A DNA stretch of 64,000 bases from Phoronis australis. Its lineage: Eukaryota > Animalia > Phoronida. The notes under the pieces were generated by a model, which saw only the letters and a list, made by a program, of their open reading frames with translations, was not told where the DNA came from and did no database searches. The stretch spans positions 199,418 through 263,417 of the forward strand of contig NMRA01000571.1 in assembly GCA_002633005.1 (NCBI GenBank). Direction: 5' to 3'. A program made the position numbers and the translations under genes. Positions 52,627-64,000 of this stretch are shown here, in pieces. The first letter of the stretch is position 1. Each line of letters opens with the position of its first letter.

Positions 52627-55600
52627 GCAAATTTTCGTCTGACGATGACGATGACTGGGTATCACTTTGTGTTGCCTCGGCTCAAACAGGTATCCCTGGT
52701 GACCCGACATTTCACACTAAAATTTCTTATTCCGACAATATGAAAAACGCTACTTGATTGCACGCTAACACAGGACAGTGACTTTGCCCCCGCCAAATAC
52801 GTCACGAGACTAAGCAGCGCTCCAAGCCGGTAATTTTTTTAGCTTCGTTAGAGAATATAAGTTTAATTTTTGGTGTTGAATTATTTGTGAAATTAATCAA
52901 CAATTCATAGAAAACTATCCAGAATTTATTCAGAATAAATTACAGTTCCCTTTTAAACAGGACAACTTTATCGTACGCATGTCGCAAAAAAATCCACTCT
53001 GTTTCAGATTATATAGTTTCGTATTCTGATGGATTTTTAAGTCACAGTAGACTTTAACAATGGCTTTCACTAGGGAAAACAATTGATTATCTACAGTATA
53101 ATGTATGTGCGATTCGTTCAGGAAAACTCTCATTCCAACATCCACCATCACACAAGATTTGCAACTTCAAACAACTTACATTGGGATTGACCCTAGTCAC
53201 CCAGATCATGTGGCGTTGGAGTTTTTCACTCTACATAATAACTTAAATACAGCTTCCTGATGGCATCACAAGGCCTCCTTTCTGTTTTACTGTAATAAGG
53301 TGTGGGAATTTTTGTAAGTAGGTGATGGCAGACTGCTTAAAATAGACTCTCTGCATGTAGAACATGTAAGAAACTTGGGTAATTTTCTCACGACCCACCC
53401 AGCAACATAGACTACTGTGTTTTCGATCAGTGGAGCTTAGCTTGTTGACAAGTCGTAGCCCTCGTTCGAGGCCTCATCAGGGTGGAATGGGTCCACTTCA
53501 ACAGTGTGGCTTCTGTTGGTGACTGGCATGTAGATACTGCCAGCTGGTTCAGTTCCGTATAGTATCTGGCACAACAGTTACCCGCCCGTTGGAAATTTCA
53601 AGAGTTGTCAAGTTACAAAATTTGAATTGTATAATTAATGGAATTTGTGACACATGTGACATTTAAAATCCAATTTCAGCTTTTTAAATCATACAACACA
53701 TTTAACCACACCCACATTTTCATAATCCGCACATACAGTGTGTACATGTAGCTAGCCAAAGCTAAGACTCTGTTTTCACATGGTAAAGGATGATGACAAA
53801 AGCTGCCAAGAAGTAAGTAGACGACAAAACACCAAATTAATAATTTCTTTTTCAAGGATTTCAACGATACATCAAAAAGAAACATTTACCCGCAGGGCCA
53901 AACAACGTGACATTATCCGCAATTTTAGCATAATTTTACGTCAAAGTTGGCCAAGGGAACTGTTTTTGATCATGAATAAACTCTTGTTTATTTTCAACGC
54001 CAGAACCGAAAACAAAATAGGATCAGGTTGATATTTTACAGGTGCACTTAAGGGGCACCAATATTTTTGAAAATGTTTACTTTTCTAGGATTTTTAGATT
54101 TGTATACTAACTTATCAAAGTGGAGTTTCTTTTTGTTCTGGTCACATGAACAAATCATAGTTAACATATCTGAGCAACATACATCCACACAGCATTTCTC
54201 AAATACACCCAACCACTACACAAGCTGCTATATAACCTAAAATACTAACTTGCTCGCCTATGGCGTTGAAGAAAACTCCAAATGGTCTTGTGACAGCTTG
54301 TAAGTCAGTAAGAAACTCTGTGAAGTGAGTAGGTCCTCAACGAGTCCAACGACACACATTGATCTGTAAAATGGTTGTGCTTGTGAAGTTTGGGAGTAAT
54401 GTAGAATTGATGATTTATTATAGGAGATTTTCGCAAAGCAACTTTATCTGTTCATATTGGTAACTACTGTAATGCTGACAATGGGAGAAACTGGTATTAT
54501 GTTGTCTATGGTGCAAACTATAGACTCGGCAGAAATCCGCGAGCATTTAGCCAGACAGATGAGTTGTCCTGGAAGGAGTAAATTTCGACACCAATTAATT
54601 TGTTTCCTCACCACCATGGTATTCAGGCTATAGGTGAGACAGATAATGAGTTAGACCCTGCTAAAACGGCAGACTTTGCGTGTTTGCGGCCTGACGAACT
54701 CGATCCTCCCGCAACAGCGTCTTCGGAGAGTGAAGCCGAGTCGGTGCCTACTCAATCTGCGGACAGCCATGATTTCGGAGCTGAGGGATCACGTGACTCA
54801 TGAATGAGGACATTGCAAAGCTCGCAAAAGCGCTGACTTTGCCCCAAGTTATCAAAACACTCCGTGATCAACTATTCCAGCCTGCCCTGGATGATATAAA
54901 GGCCTACTACGAGTCCATCCTTAACCAGAAAGACAAAAAATACAGCTGCTGAATGAGCAAGTCAACAATTTGTCAGCAAATCTAGACAACCTAGAGCAAT
55001 ACTCGCGTCGCATCAATGTAATTATATATGGAGTCGATGAACCTGTAAATGAAAAACCTGGAGCCACTGACAACATCGTGATCGACTTGGGACGCAAACT
55101 GGGTCTTGAAATTAACCCCCAATAAATCAGCAGATCCCGCAGACTCGGGCCCAAACTACGTAAACATGGACCTAGAGATTCGCGATAAGATCGCCCTATC
55201 GTCTGTAAGTTTATGTAATACCAGATCACGCTGAAATTACCTCTATATCAGTGGTGGTGCACTATATCCAGGTCCGTAGCGATCACAACACCTTATACTG
55301 ACCATAGGCAATGGTAATGCATCGAATTCTTAATCTGCATCTAAATCATTCATGTTTGGAGCATTAGTTTTGTTGCTTATTGCCTCTTACGGTTTCCCAG
55401 TTGCACCCTTACCAAAAATGTAATATAGTATCTTTGCAACTACCTACAGTATGTTTTAGTGTGGTATTTTGGTTGTCGTTAAAACATGTTTCCCACATTT
55501 TAATTTGAATGTGTGACGGAATTGTACATTGCATGATATTCACATAAGACAATGATTCTTATATGTGAGCTCAGGCCTTAGTGGCTGTCCTTTACATAAC

Positions 55601-56634
55601 TATTTTTTTTTTGACTGTTGTGTTTCTCAGAACGTTGATTTTGTGGACAACTCCATACCAAATTGTCGGTCAGGATAAATTTACACGTCACTGATTTTGT
55701 GTGGCATTTCTGTTCGGTCATGTTATTGACACCTCTCACTCACTATAATATTGATTTTAATTTCTAGGCACTTGCTCTGTTCTCTGTCAGTCAGGTTCAG
55801 AATCTACAACTACATGTGATTTTTGTTGTTGGTTTCAGAATGATTCCCCATATCATTAATTTGTTATTACTGTTTTAGCTTGCCTGTGAAAAAATCATGT
55901 TGAGCACTGTCTGTCACCATAATTTAGTTTATAATGACTTTCAAGTTGAAATAATCCCTGTGAAAACTGGTGTTTCAATCTGTGAGAAAGTTTACTTCAA
56001 TTCAGAAGACACCACCGAACACATGAGCTGATCAGTCATTACTGGGTGGCCTATAGTGGTAAGCTAAGTGTTACAGCTAAGTTATCCATAGTGAGAGATC
56101 TTCAATACATATTTTTTGTTTTCTTCAGCGAATTTGAGTGTTCAAACTCTTATTTTTTCACATTCTTTTGTCCGTTACTATTTGGTCATATTTCCTCTGT
56201 ACATATCTTTGGATCAATCATTATCTATGTGTTTTGTATTCACTTGCAACAGAACTAACTGGTTTCCCAAGATTGAATTTATATGTTGTGCTTTTCAACT
56301 AAGTTGCTATTTATGTACCTGTAAGCGAGCCTATGATATAATTTTGTTTTTTAAAAATGACTCCCCTAACTGTCCAGACTACCTTATTCATTTAACAACC
56401 CTTGAATTTTCAATAAGCATTGGTGTATTAATTGTTAAATACGGCTATCCTTTGAGTGCCTCGAGTAGTGTGAGTTTCTCTGGTCTTACAATGTTTTCCC
56501 CCGCATGGTCACAATTCAATTCTTCTCACGGGCATCGAATGAGATATCAAGCTATGCGGGTTCAGCTTACTGATGTGTCTTACTATTGTTTACATGACAC
56601 CTGTATGGATTACGGAATCGTCATTGGCATGTGC

Positions 56635-56673
56635 CTCCTTTTAGATGACGATGTTGAAGAAAATCCTGGGCCT
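56635..56673 (+). other. 2A-like ribosome stop-go motif LLLDDDVEENPGP
   Basis: Exact D-V-E-x-N-P-G-P core, in frame with and a few codons before the APE first strand FKIIFSNINSI. Confidence 0.85.
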
Positions 56674-57226
56674 GAAGACAATACTACATTTAAAATAATA
56701 TTTTCAAATATTAACAGCATTAAATCCAACAATTTCTCCAGATTCCAACTTCTAAAAACTTTGTTCTGTCTTACGATTATATGATTGTCGCTCTTCGTGA
56801 AACTTGTAATGTTACCAAAGACGACCTTGATAATGAACTAATCATTCGTGGTTACAGTGTAGCCTATCACAGTAACAGTGGCCGTGGCATCATCTTATTC
56901 ACTAAAACCACACTCTCATTTAAATTATGTCCTAGCTTAACTTGTTCTCAGTTATGCAACTGCTGGATCGAAATTTATTTCGATCACAGAAAAATTTACT
57001 ATGGGTTGTTTTATCGCTCACCTTCTCAATCTCCAACTGAAAGAAAACTCTACTTCAAAGCCCTAGCCGATCAGTTAGCGGAACTTAAGCGCAATAGCGT
57101 TAGTATAATCATAAATGGTGATTTCAATGCCCGAAACTCTACATGGTACAATGATGATCATGACAATACGGCCGGACTACAATTGTTTGATATCTTATTG
57201 TCTAATGACTGCATACAGCTAATTAA

Positions 57227-60200
57227 GAGCAATTCCATATAAAAACCAGATGGTGTGCTATATATGCAAAATCACCCATTTTTTGAAATTTAGAACATCA
57301 GCTGGCCTTGTTAAAAGAAACCTGAGCCTGATTTTTTAAGAGTTCTGAGTTTTCTAACCCTTTTTACGACCACTTTGTACTTTTTCTAAAAAATAGCAAA
57401 TAAAAGTACTGGGAAGTAGGTGAATTTTTGTCAGCAACAGCACATCTTCACTTCACGCTATAGAAAAAATAACTATATAGCAGAAGGAAGAAAGAATAAC
57501 ATACAAGAAAAATTAGTTTGGATGGATTTATTGATTTTTATGTCCTCCCATTTCACGATACAAAAATGTCATTTACACTGCTTATTATTAAGGCCATTTT
57601 TACACACTTTTATCGCTCTCCCTAATCTATATCGGATTCTTTTGGAACATGAGTTAACCTCCATCTGTTACTGCTGTCTTTGTTCAGCCCAACGCAAGAA
57701 TAAAACATCTTGTCTCTTTCATAGTTTTTGTTCAGTCAGTTTTTTACATAACTCACTTACACACTTCTCTGCCAATCTGCGACTGTCAGTTAGATTAAAA
57801 GACTCTAGGAGTCACTACTCGATTGTGCAATTATCTATCGACCAAGATGCCAAATAGAACAAATATCATTCGTTTTACTACATCAGTGACGAAGGAGATC
57901 ATGGGAAGCTGTATGAGAGATTTTTTCTTCGAGATTTTCAGTTTTGCTGGTGGAAAAATAAAAATCTATTATAGGATTACTGAACTCAAAAAAGGCAATT
58001 TTAATGTAGTGATGATTTAATAATACAACCTCCATCACCATCTCATACATCAGAGAAGCACTGCCTGGTTTTATTCTTATTAAGGGTGCCCATTCCCCTT
58101 TGCTTGGTCTGTTTTTGAACACCGTAATGGACAAAGAATCCCTCGCACTGCCTGCAGTACATGCTGGTCCATTTTCAGACCTCCTGGTCAAGTCCCTGTT
58201 TATGTGCTTGAAAAAGTCCTCTCAAACTATTAGCAAAGTTCATACTAAAACTAATCAAGATCTTCGAGATCACAAGTGAAAAGAGGACGGTGGATACGAG
58301 CTATTGGACATACAAAGGGTCACGCAATGCTTCTTGTACTACACAATAGCGGCCGAGCATGGTGGCAGTGCGCCAATGGAATTTGCAATTTCAGAAAAAT
58401 AACAGGTACGGATATTTACGATTGAAAACATAATACTTTCAGTGATATCCAAGTTACCGGCATTCAAAACCAGTATTTAAACAATTGGGTGTTGCGACTT
58501 ACCAGCTAAACACAATTCCGTTCATGCGGGGGACCACAGTTTTTGAAGGTATGCTAGGTTTAGTGTATGATGCAATTCCACACAACACCGCAAAATACGT
58601 CGAATCCATCCCAAAACGGGAAAATGTCATAGAAAGCTATTTACCAAATGTAATAAAAATCCGTCAAGGAACTTAGAAGTAAAAGAGGAAAACAAAAAAT
58701 GAAAGCCCGTTCAAAACTCTATCTAAATTGCTAGTATCACATAATTCCGTAAATTTTTTCGAAAAAAATTAAATTTTGCGTTTTTTTTAAGAAATTTAAA
58801 GTCAGATATCTGGAAAACGGTAAGTCTGAGAAAAATATTGTTACAGTTCATTTAAAAGAGTATACCTTAGAGAATCCACATGCAAATAATTCACGTCATT
58901 TTCTCCTCCCGTTTAAGTGGCACCTCAGCACGACTGAAAATAGGTCAACATGCGACAGAACCGCCATCTTGAAAGCAACTTCAGGTTTTTTGGTTTTGTA
59001 TAATAGCAAACATGAAAAACTAATAACTGCAAAAATTCAAAGGAATTGGCCCTATATTGCGCCCTCTACAGGAGAAAACGTTTTTCCAGAAATCGAGGTG
59101 CGCATGCGCGAATGCCAATATTTCCGCCATTTTTAACCGGTACACATGTAGTGCACATCCGTTCCATTAATTGTGCTGAGTTTGAAATCTCTACGTAAAA
59201 AATTGTGGCCTCCAGAAGCCTTTGAATCTTAAAATGAAAACAAAATAGCCGCCACAGCCGCCATCTTGGATCCGATTATGACGAAAAACAATAGGCTTCC
59301 AGTACTTCCGGAACTACGTGTTATGTGTAAATTTCGTGATGATCGGACGAAAATTGCGACCAGTATGGTGCGAACAAAAAAAACTTGATGGAAGAGCAAC
59401 ATACTAGTAATGAAATTGCCAATAGGGGGCACCGATTCACTGGAAAGTCATCGTCATCCTTTGTTAACTTCATATAAATACACTTACTAAAATTAATCAA
59501 GGTCCTGCAGTGGGCTTAAGAGATACAGCTATGGGTGCAAATAACAAAACTGCAACTAGGAGAGGCCACAGTAGTCGATGTCGTTGGAAAATCATCATTA
59601 ACCGTCCTCTTCACACTAAGAACATATGCTAATTTTCAAAATTATGCTTAGAGTGGTTTGGTTGACAGAGGAGCGGAAGCCAAAAACAGACTAGAAAACA
59701 ATGAAAATGGCCCTTAGATGGCGTAAAATATGTCAAATCATCCAAAAACGCCGCTTCTGTAATAGAAAGCTGTTTACCAAATTTCATAAAAAACATCAAG
59801 GAACTTCAGAGAAACAGGGGAAAATGGAAAAAAAATGAAATTGCCACTAGGGTGCACAGCGTTTGTTGGATCCGTCTGAAAGTCGTCGTCGTCAGCTGTC
59901 AACTTCATGTAAATACACTTGCTAAAAATTTTATATAGATCCTGCAATGGGTTTAGTAGAAACAGCCATGGGCGCTACAAAAAACAAAACTGCCACTAGC
60001 GGGAGTCAAAGTCGTCGGAAGGTTATCGTCAACCGTTCTCTTCACACTAAAAACATATATGCCAATTTTCACAATCATTCTATGGCTGGTTTGTTTGATA
60101 GAGGGGAAGACTCGAAAACAGTAAAAATGGCCACTGGGTGGGACAAAATACCTCAAATACGTTGAGGAGCTTTGAAGATACAGAGGTTAATGTATAATTC

Positions 60201-62053
60201 AAGGATTGCCACTAGGGGGCAACCAGTTGTTGTATCCATCCGAAATTTGTCGTCCTCTGTCATGTGGGCTCATAAAAACCCATGTTCCATTCAAAAACTG
60301 ATGAGGTGCACATCTGAATACGGCTGACCGACAAGTAAGAGATGACTGCATGGCAAAAAGTACTGAAAAAGTGAAAAATTACTATCAACTGCCATTACAA
60401 TTTTAAAGGGAAGTGAACTGTATTGTCAGCTTTTGAGTCGTGGGGTATAATCATGAGTGGAGCTTCTTTCCATACTTAGAAAATATTTTGACGTCAATAT
60501 TAAAATACAAATTACGGCAAGCAATCACCTCAGGGATGGTCGCCATCATTGCTCTAGCATAATCTACTAGCTCCAATGGCGACCCGAGCAGACTAGTGGA
60601 ATGGCAAATCTGGTGACGATTTTATCAGCTCTCAGAAGTCATATGTACTAAAGATGTATAAAGATGGGTCACCTTTTGTACAAGTATGGTACATGTAGTA
60701 GTACTTTTTCGTGGTCTCATCACATTTTTAACATGGTTGCAATTTTCAAAGTCCAGCAGCCCATCCTAACCCGCTAACCGGATAGGCCTATCAGGTTTGT
60801 GTACCTGGACAGCCAGTATGTCGAAAGTTGTCAGCGAGAGCTAATACAATATTCTGAGCTGAAGTTATGACCTGTTGACCCAGGCCAACAGTTGTGATAA
60901 ATATGAAATAACTTCTTAGCAATTGCTACTAATATCTTACTTGCACCAACAGGGAGTAAGAAATCAAACTAGCGAAAAATTTTTTTGCGACATGCGAAAG
61001 TCAACGCCCCGTTCAATCTTCCTCTTCGTTCTAGATGTGTTATGGATAATAGCACGTCAATTTTTGTCTAAAGTCAAGTCCAAACTCATGTTGATGTGTA
61101 AAACATATAACGGCGCATTTCCATTTGTTTGCCAGTCCAGCCTCCTCTCCAGCTCTGGCAAGAATCAACTGTAATTGGCACTTTGCACGACCTCAGATGA
61201 CTTCTGACGTCTTTAACACAGCTAATGAAGGCCAAATTTCCTCCGCGATCCCACTTTAGTAACGAAAATTGACCAAATGTACAAGAAGGAAATTCCTCCC
61301 TATTCTTTGCAGAGACAGGAAGTGCATGTAATTTCGAACCCTAATGTGCTATTGGTAAAATTAAACAGAATGTTTCAGAAAATTGGGGTCTAAAAAGTGA
61401 AACTTAAATTTTTGTGATATTGCATTGTTGATATTAGATCATGTATTTTAGGTGATATCTCTGAATTAAAAGAGTAGTCTCAATTCTCTTGTCAGTCAGA
61501 GTAAGGCCACATCACAAAAATGTCCAACTTCGAGGGTCACGTTTAGCACTAAATATATAAGGAACAAGTTTTTTTAAAAACAATTATCAAAGATCAGTCT
61601 TAGAAGTGTCTACACAAAGAATTTCAACTTCAAGTATATTCCGATATAGCAGGCAGGTTAAGCAACATCTTGCCACTTGTGACTGGCCTGAAAAGTGGTC
61701 TCGAAGTTTTCTCCCCTGATGGAAATTTAAATTTTCCTATGAGTTTCAAGTTTCATTTTCTTACTAACCTTACATGAGTCTTTATGACCATCAATGTCAA
61801 ACTTTGTCACCAGTTTTCCAAGGTTAATCTTTTGCCGTTCCAAAAGAGCAGTTTTACTGACATGAAAAAATGCAAAATATGCCTTTATAGCCAAATAGGT
61901 AATATCTCGGTAACCAAAGGTCATTGAGTGCAAATATTGCAGCAGTGTACTTTGGGCCAGCATCCCAACACATGCACAAAATATTAGCTGTGTATGAATT
62001 TTTGAGTATATAGTGACTTTTCATTTTCATATGGTTTTTATATGGAATCATTC
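57227..62053. mobile_element. 4.8-kb non-autonomous TIR DNA transposon with TTAA duplication (Kolobok- or Sola3-like), containing nested repeats
   Basis: TTAA|GAGCAATTCCATATAAAAACCAGATG ... CATATGGTTTTTATATGGAATCATTC|TTAA; removing it restores CAG CTA ATT AAT GAG CCA ACC CGT (QLINEPTR). Confidence 0.88.
59410..60260 (+). repeat. Nested satellite-like array (~140-160-bp subunits, ~425-bp higher-order unit), same family as 27760-28190
   Basis: Recurring AAATTGCCA(C/A)TAG.., AGTCGTC, CTCTTCACACTAA, GGTTTG..TGA(C/T)AGAGG blocks. Confidence 0.8.
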
Positions 62054-63724
62054 TTAATGAGCCAACCCGTATCACCGACGTTTCTCATTCCTGTATTGAT
62101 CTCTGTATAACAAACAATTTGAGTATCATTGACTCATGTTCTGTACTACCTCCTGATGGCAATTCTGATCACACAATCAAAACCACTCTAACACCTAAAA
62201 AAACGGTTAAAGAACAACACCACTTGAACCAATTGGAAATATGATCAAGTGGACACCGATAAATTGCGTCAGGATATCACCAACACTGACTGGGATTCTA
62301 TATTGAACACTGGCGACATTGATGACACTGTTTCACTCTTCACTAGTACTCTCTAAGAAATTTTAAAAAACAACATCCCACAACTGAAAAGATAATTAAA
62401 CACAACAGCCAACCGTGGTTCAACAATAATGTTAAACGGGCAATCCGCACAAGAAACAGACTTTACAGCTCTTTCAGAAGGTCTAACAACACTATAATCT
62501 ACAACAGATATAAGGAACAGTCACGTCTGGTTGAAACTTTAGTAAATCAAGCCAAAGCTGATCACCGCCACAAGCTTTTACAACAAATTAACAGCGTAAG
62601 CAAGAACTCCAAAGAATACTGGAACATCATCAATAAAATACGCGGCAGTCAACAACAATCCTCTTATCCTGTCATCAACCATAATGGTAACCTAGCCTCA
62701 AGTAGTAGTGACAAGTGTGATTTGTTTCTCAAATTTTTCACGAACAAAAGCCACATTACACCAACTGAAGTAGGTAACTTTCCCTTTCTTCGTGAACGTT
62801 GTCTAACTCAACTGTCTGACATCCCGGCTAATCAAACTGATGTCCGGAAGTATCTCAATGAAATTGACCCCAATAAGAATGATGGCACAGCTTTAATAAC
62901 CAGCAAGATGATCAAAATGGTTGCCAGCGAAATTACTAAGCCCCTGACCAATCTGTTTAACAAACTTCTTCAGCTAGGTATATATCCGTCTTCTTGGAAA
63001 CATGGAATTATGGTCCCCATACACAAAAAGGCTCCAAAACTGAAATTTCAAATTATAGCCCAATAACTTTACTTAACACCCTGTCCAAAATCTTCGAGAA
63101 GATCATTGCTCAAAGTATTCTTACATTTCTCAAACAAAACAACTTGATTAATCATCGTCAATTTGTTTTTCTTTTGCGTGGGAACAGCACCGTGGCACAA
63201 CTTGTTGAAAAAGTACATGAGATTCATTTACATTTTGAGAAGGGCGAGAGTGTCAGGTCCATTTTTCTAGATACAGATTCTGCTTTCGATTGTGTCCCTC
63301 ACGACCTTCTACTTCACAAACTTCGATCCTCTGGCATTACTGGCAATCTTTTAAACATGATCACCTCATATCTCTCCGAAAGAACATACAGTGTTCGTGT
63401 CGATGGCGTACTTTCAACTTTATCCCCTCCTGGATTTGTAAACGCAGGTGTACCGCAGGGTAGCGTATTGGGCCCTCTTCTTTTCTTGGTTTATATTAAT
63501 GACCTTCCTGATAACCTGTCATGTAGCACATACCTTTATTGGGGACAAATAAAACAACAAGAATAATAAATATTTTAAGTTGTATTGGGAATTTCAGGGT
63601 CACAGCTCTACAAATAAATATTTCACAGAAGGAACCAGATGGGTTCCTTAATTACAAGAGATAACACACACACATTTCCGATACCCAAAGTGTAACTGAG
63701 TATCGGATACTAAGTGGCACAGGT

Positions 63725-63895
63725 TAGCATAGTACCAAATGGGTACATAATACCAAATGGGTATTGGCCGATTGCCTACCAACTGGGTCGAGCAAAGCGG
63801 CAAATTCAATAACAAGTACCAAGTGGGTACAAACTGCCAAATGGGCAAATATCATATAAAGTACCAAGTGGGTACACCAAACAGCCAACTGGGCT
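63725..63895. repeat. Degenerate short tandem repeats (TACCAA(A/G)TGGGTA), probably transposon subterminal repeats
   Basis: About 6-7 variants of CCAAxTGGG spaced ~18-40 bp apart. Confidence 0.7.
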
Positions 63896-64000
63896 ATAAC
63901 AACCTGCAAAGCAGGTTCCGGACAAGCTGAGTGAGCAGACCAGCCGGAGTGATAAAAAGAGATATTGTAAGAAACGTGGTGTTGTGGCTCAGTATGTGCC

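Larger units (their letters stand above)
54620..63540 (+). mobile_element. Degenerate CR1/L2-group LINE: ORF1 remnant (~54620-55220), 2A-like motif, APE (56690-57226 + 62058-62170) and RT (to 63540, truncated just before the catalytic DD)
   Basis: ORF1: LDNLEQYSRRINVIIYGVDE..SRRLG..RPIVCKF. APE: NINSI, ALRET, FYRSPS, GDFNA, QLINEPTR, IDL, SDH. RT: PWFN, NYSPITLL, SKIFEKI, FLD..SAFDCVPH..LL.KL, GVPQGSVLGPLLFLVYINDL. Multiple stops and frameshifts. Confidence 0.92.

Noticed and set aside
52260-52757. ORFs full of X
   Set aside because: They only span the N gap.
63700-63900. Short repeats with variable spacers resembling a CRISPR array
   Set aside because: Repeats are too short and degenerate, spacing is irregular, there are no cas genes, and the context is eukaryotic.

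Overview
Eukaryotic (metazoan, most likely marine invertebrate) draft-assembly DNA: AT-rich, GT-AG introns, dense with transposon relics, one N gap and one single-N join. No prokaryotic features, rRNA, tRNA or CRISPR were seen. Two well-supported host genes lie on the minus strand: an 8-exon zeta-crystallin/quinone-oxidoreductase-like MDR enzyme (16679-23949) ending in a PTS1 signal (-SRL), and a 2-exon RING/B-box/B-box/coiled-coil/NHL TRIM gene (44628-47404). There is also a frameshifted discoidin (F5/8C) exon, and a long, intron-rich, partly degenerate gene (~220-13220) with a ZAD-like CxxC..CxxC head, duplicated mini-exons and a C-terminal part that I recall as resembling DUF6589/Academ-type transposases. 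Mobile elements include a CR1/L2-group LINE carrying a 2A-like 'DVEENPGP' motif ahead of its APE endonuclease, split exactly in the QLINEPTR motif by a 4.8-kb TTAA-flanked TIR element. Also present: RTE-type and HERO-type LINE fragments, a Gypsy 3' end with LTR, Harbinger-type and other MITEs, 23-41 bp micro-elements, and a HINE-like repeat with periodic CTCF-like motifs. All homology calls are from motif recognition by eye, not database searches.
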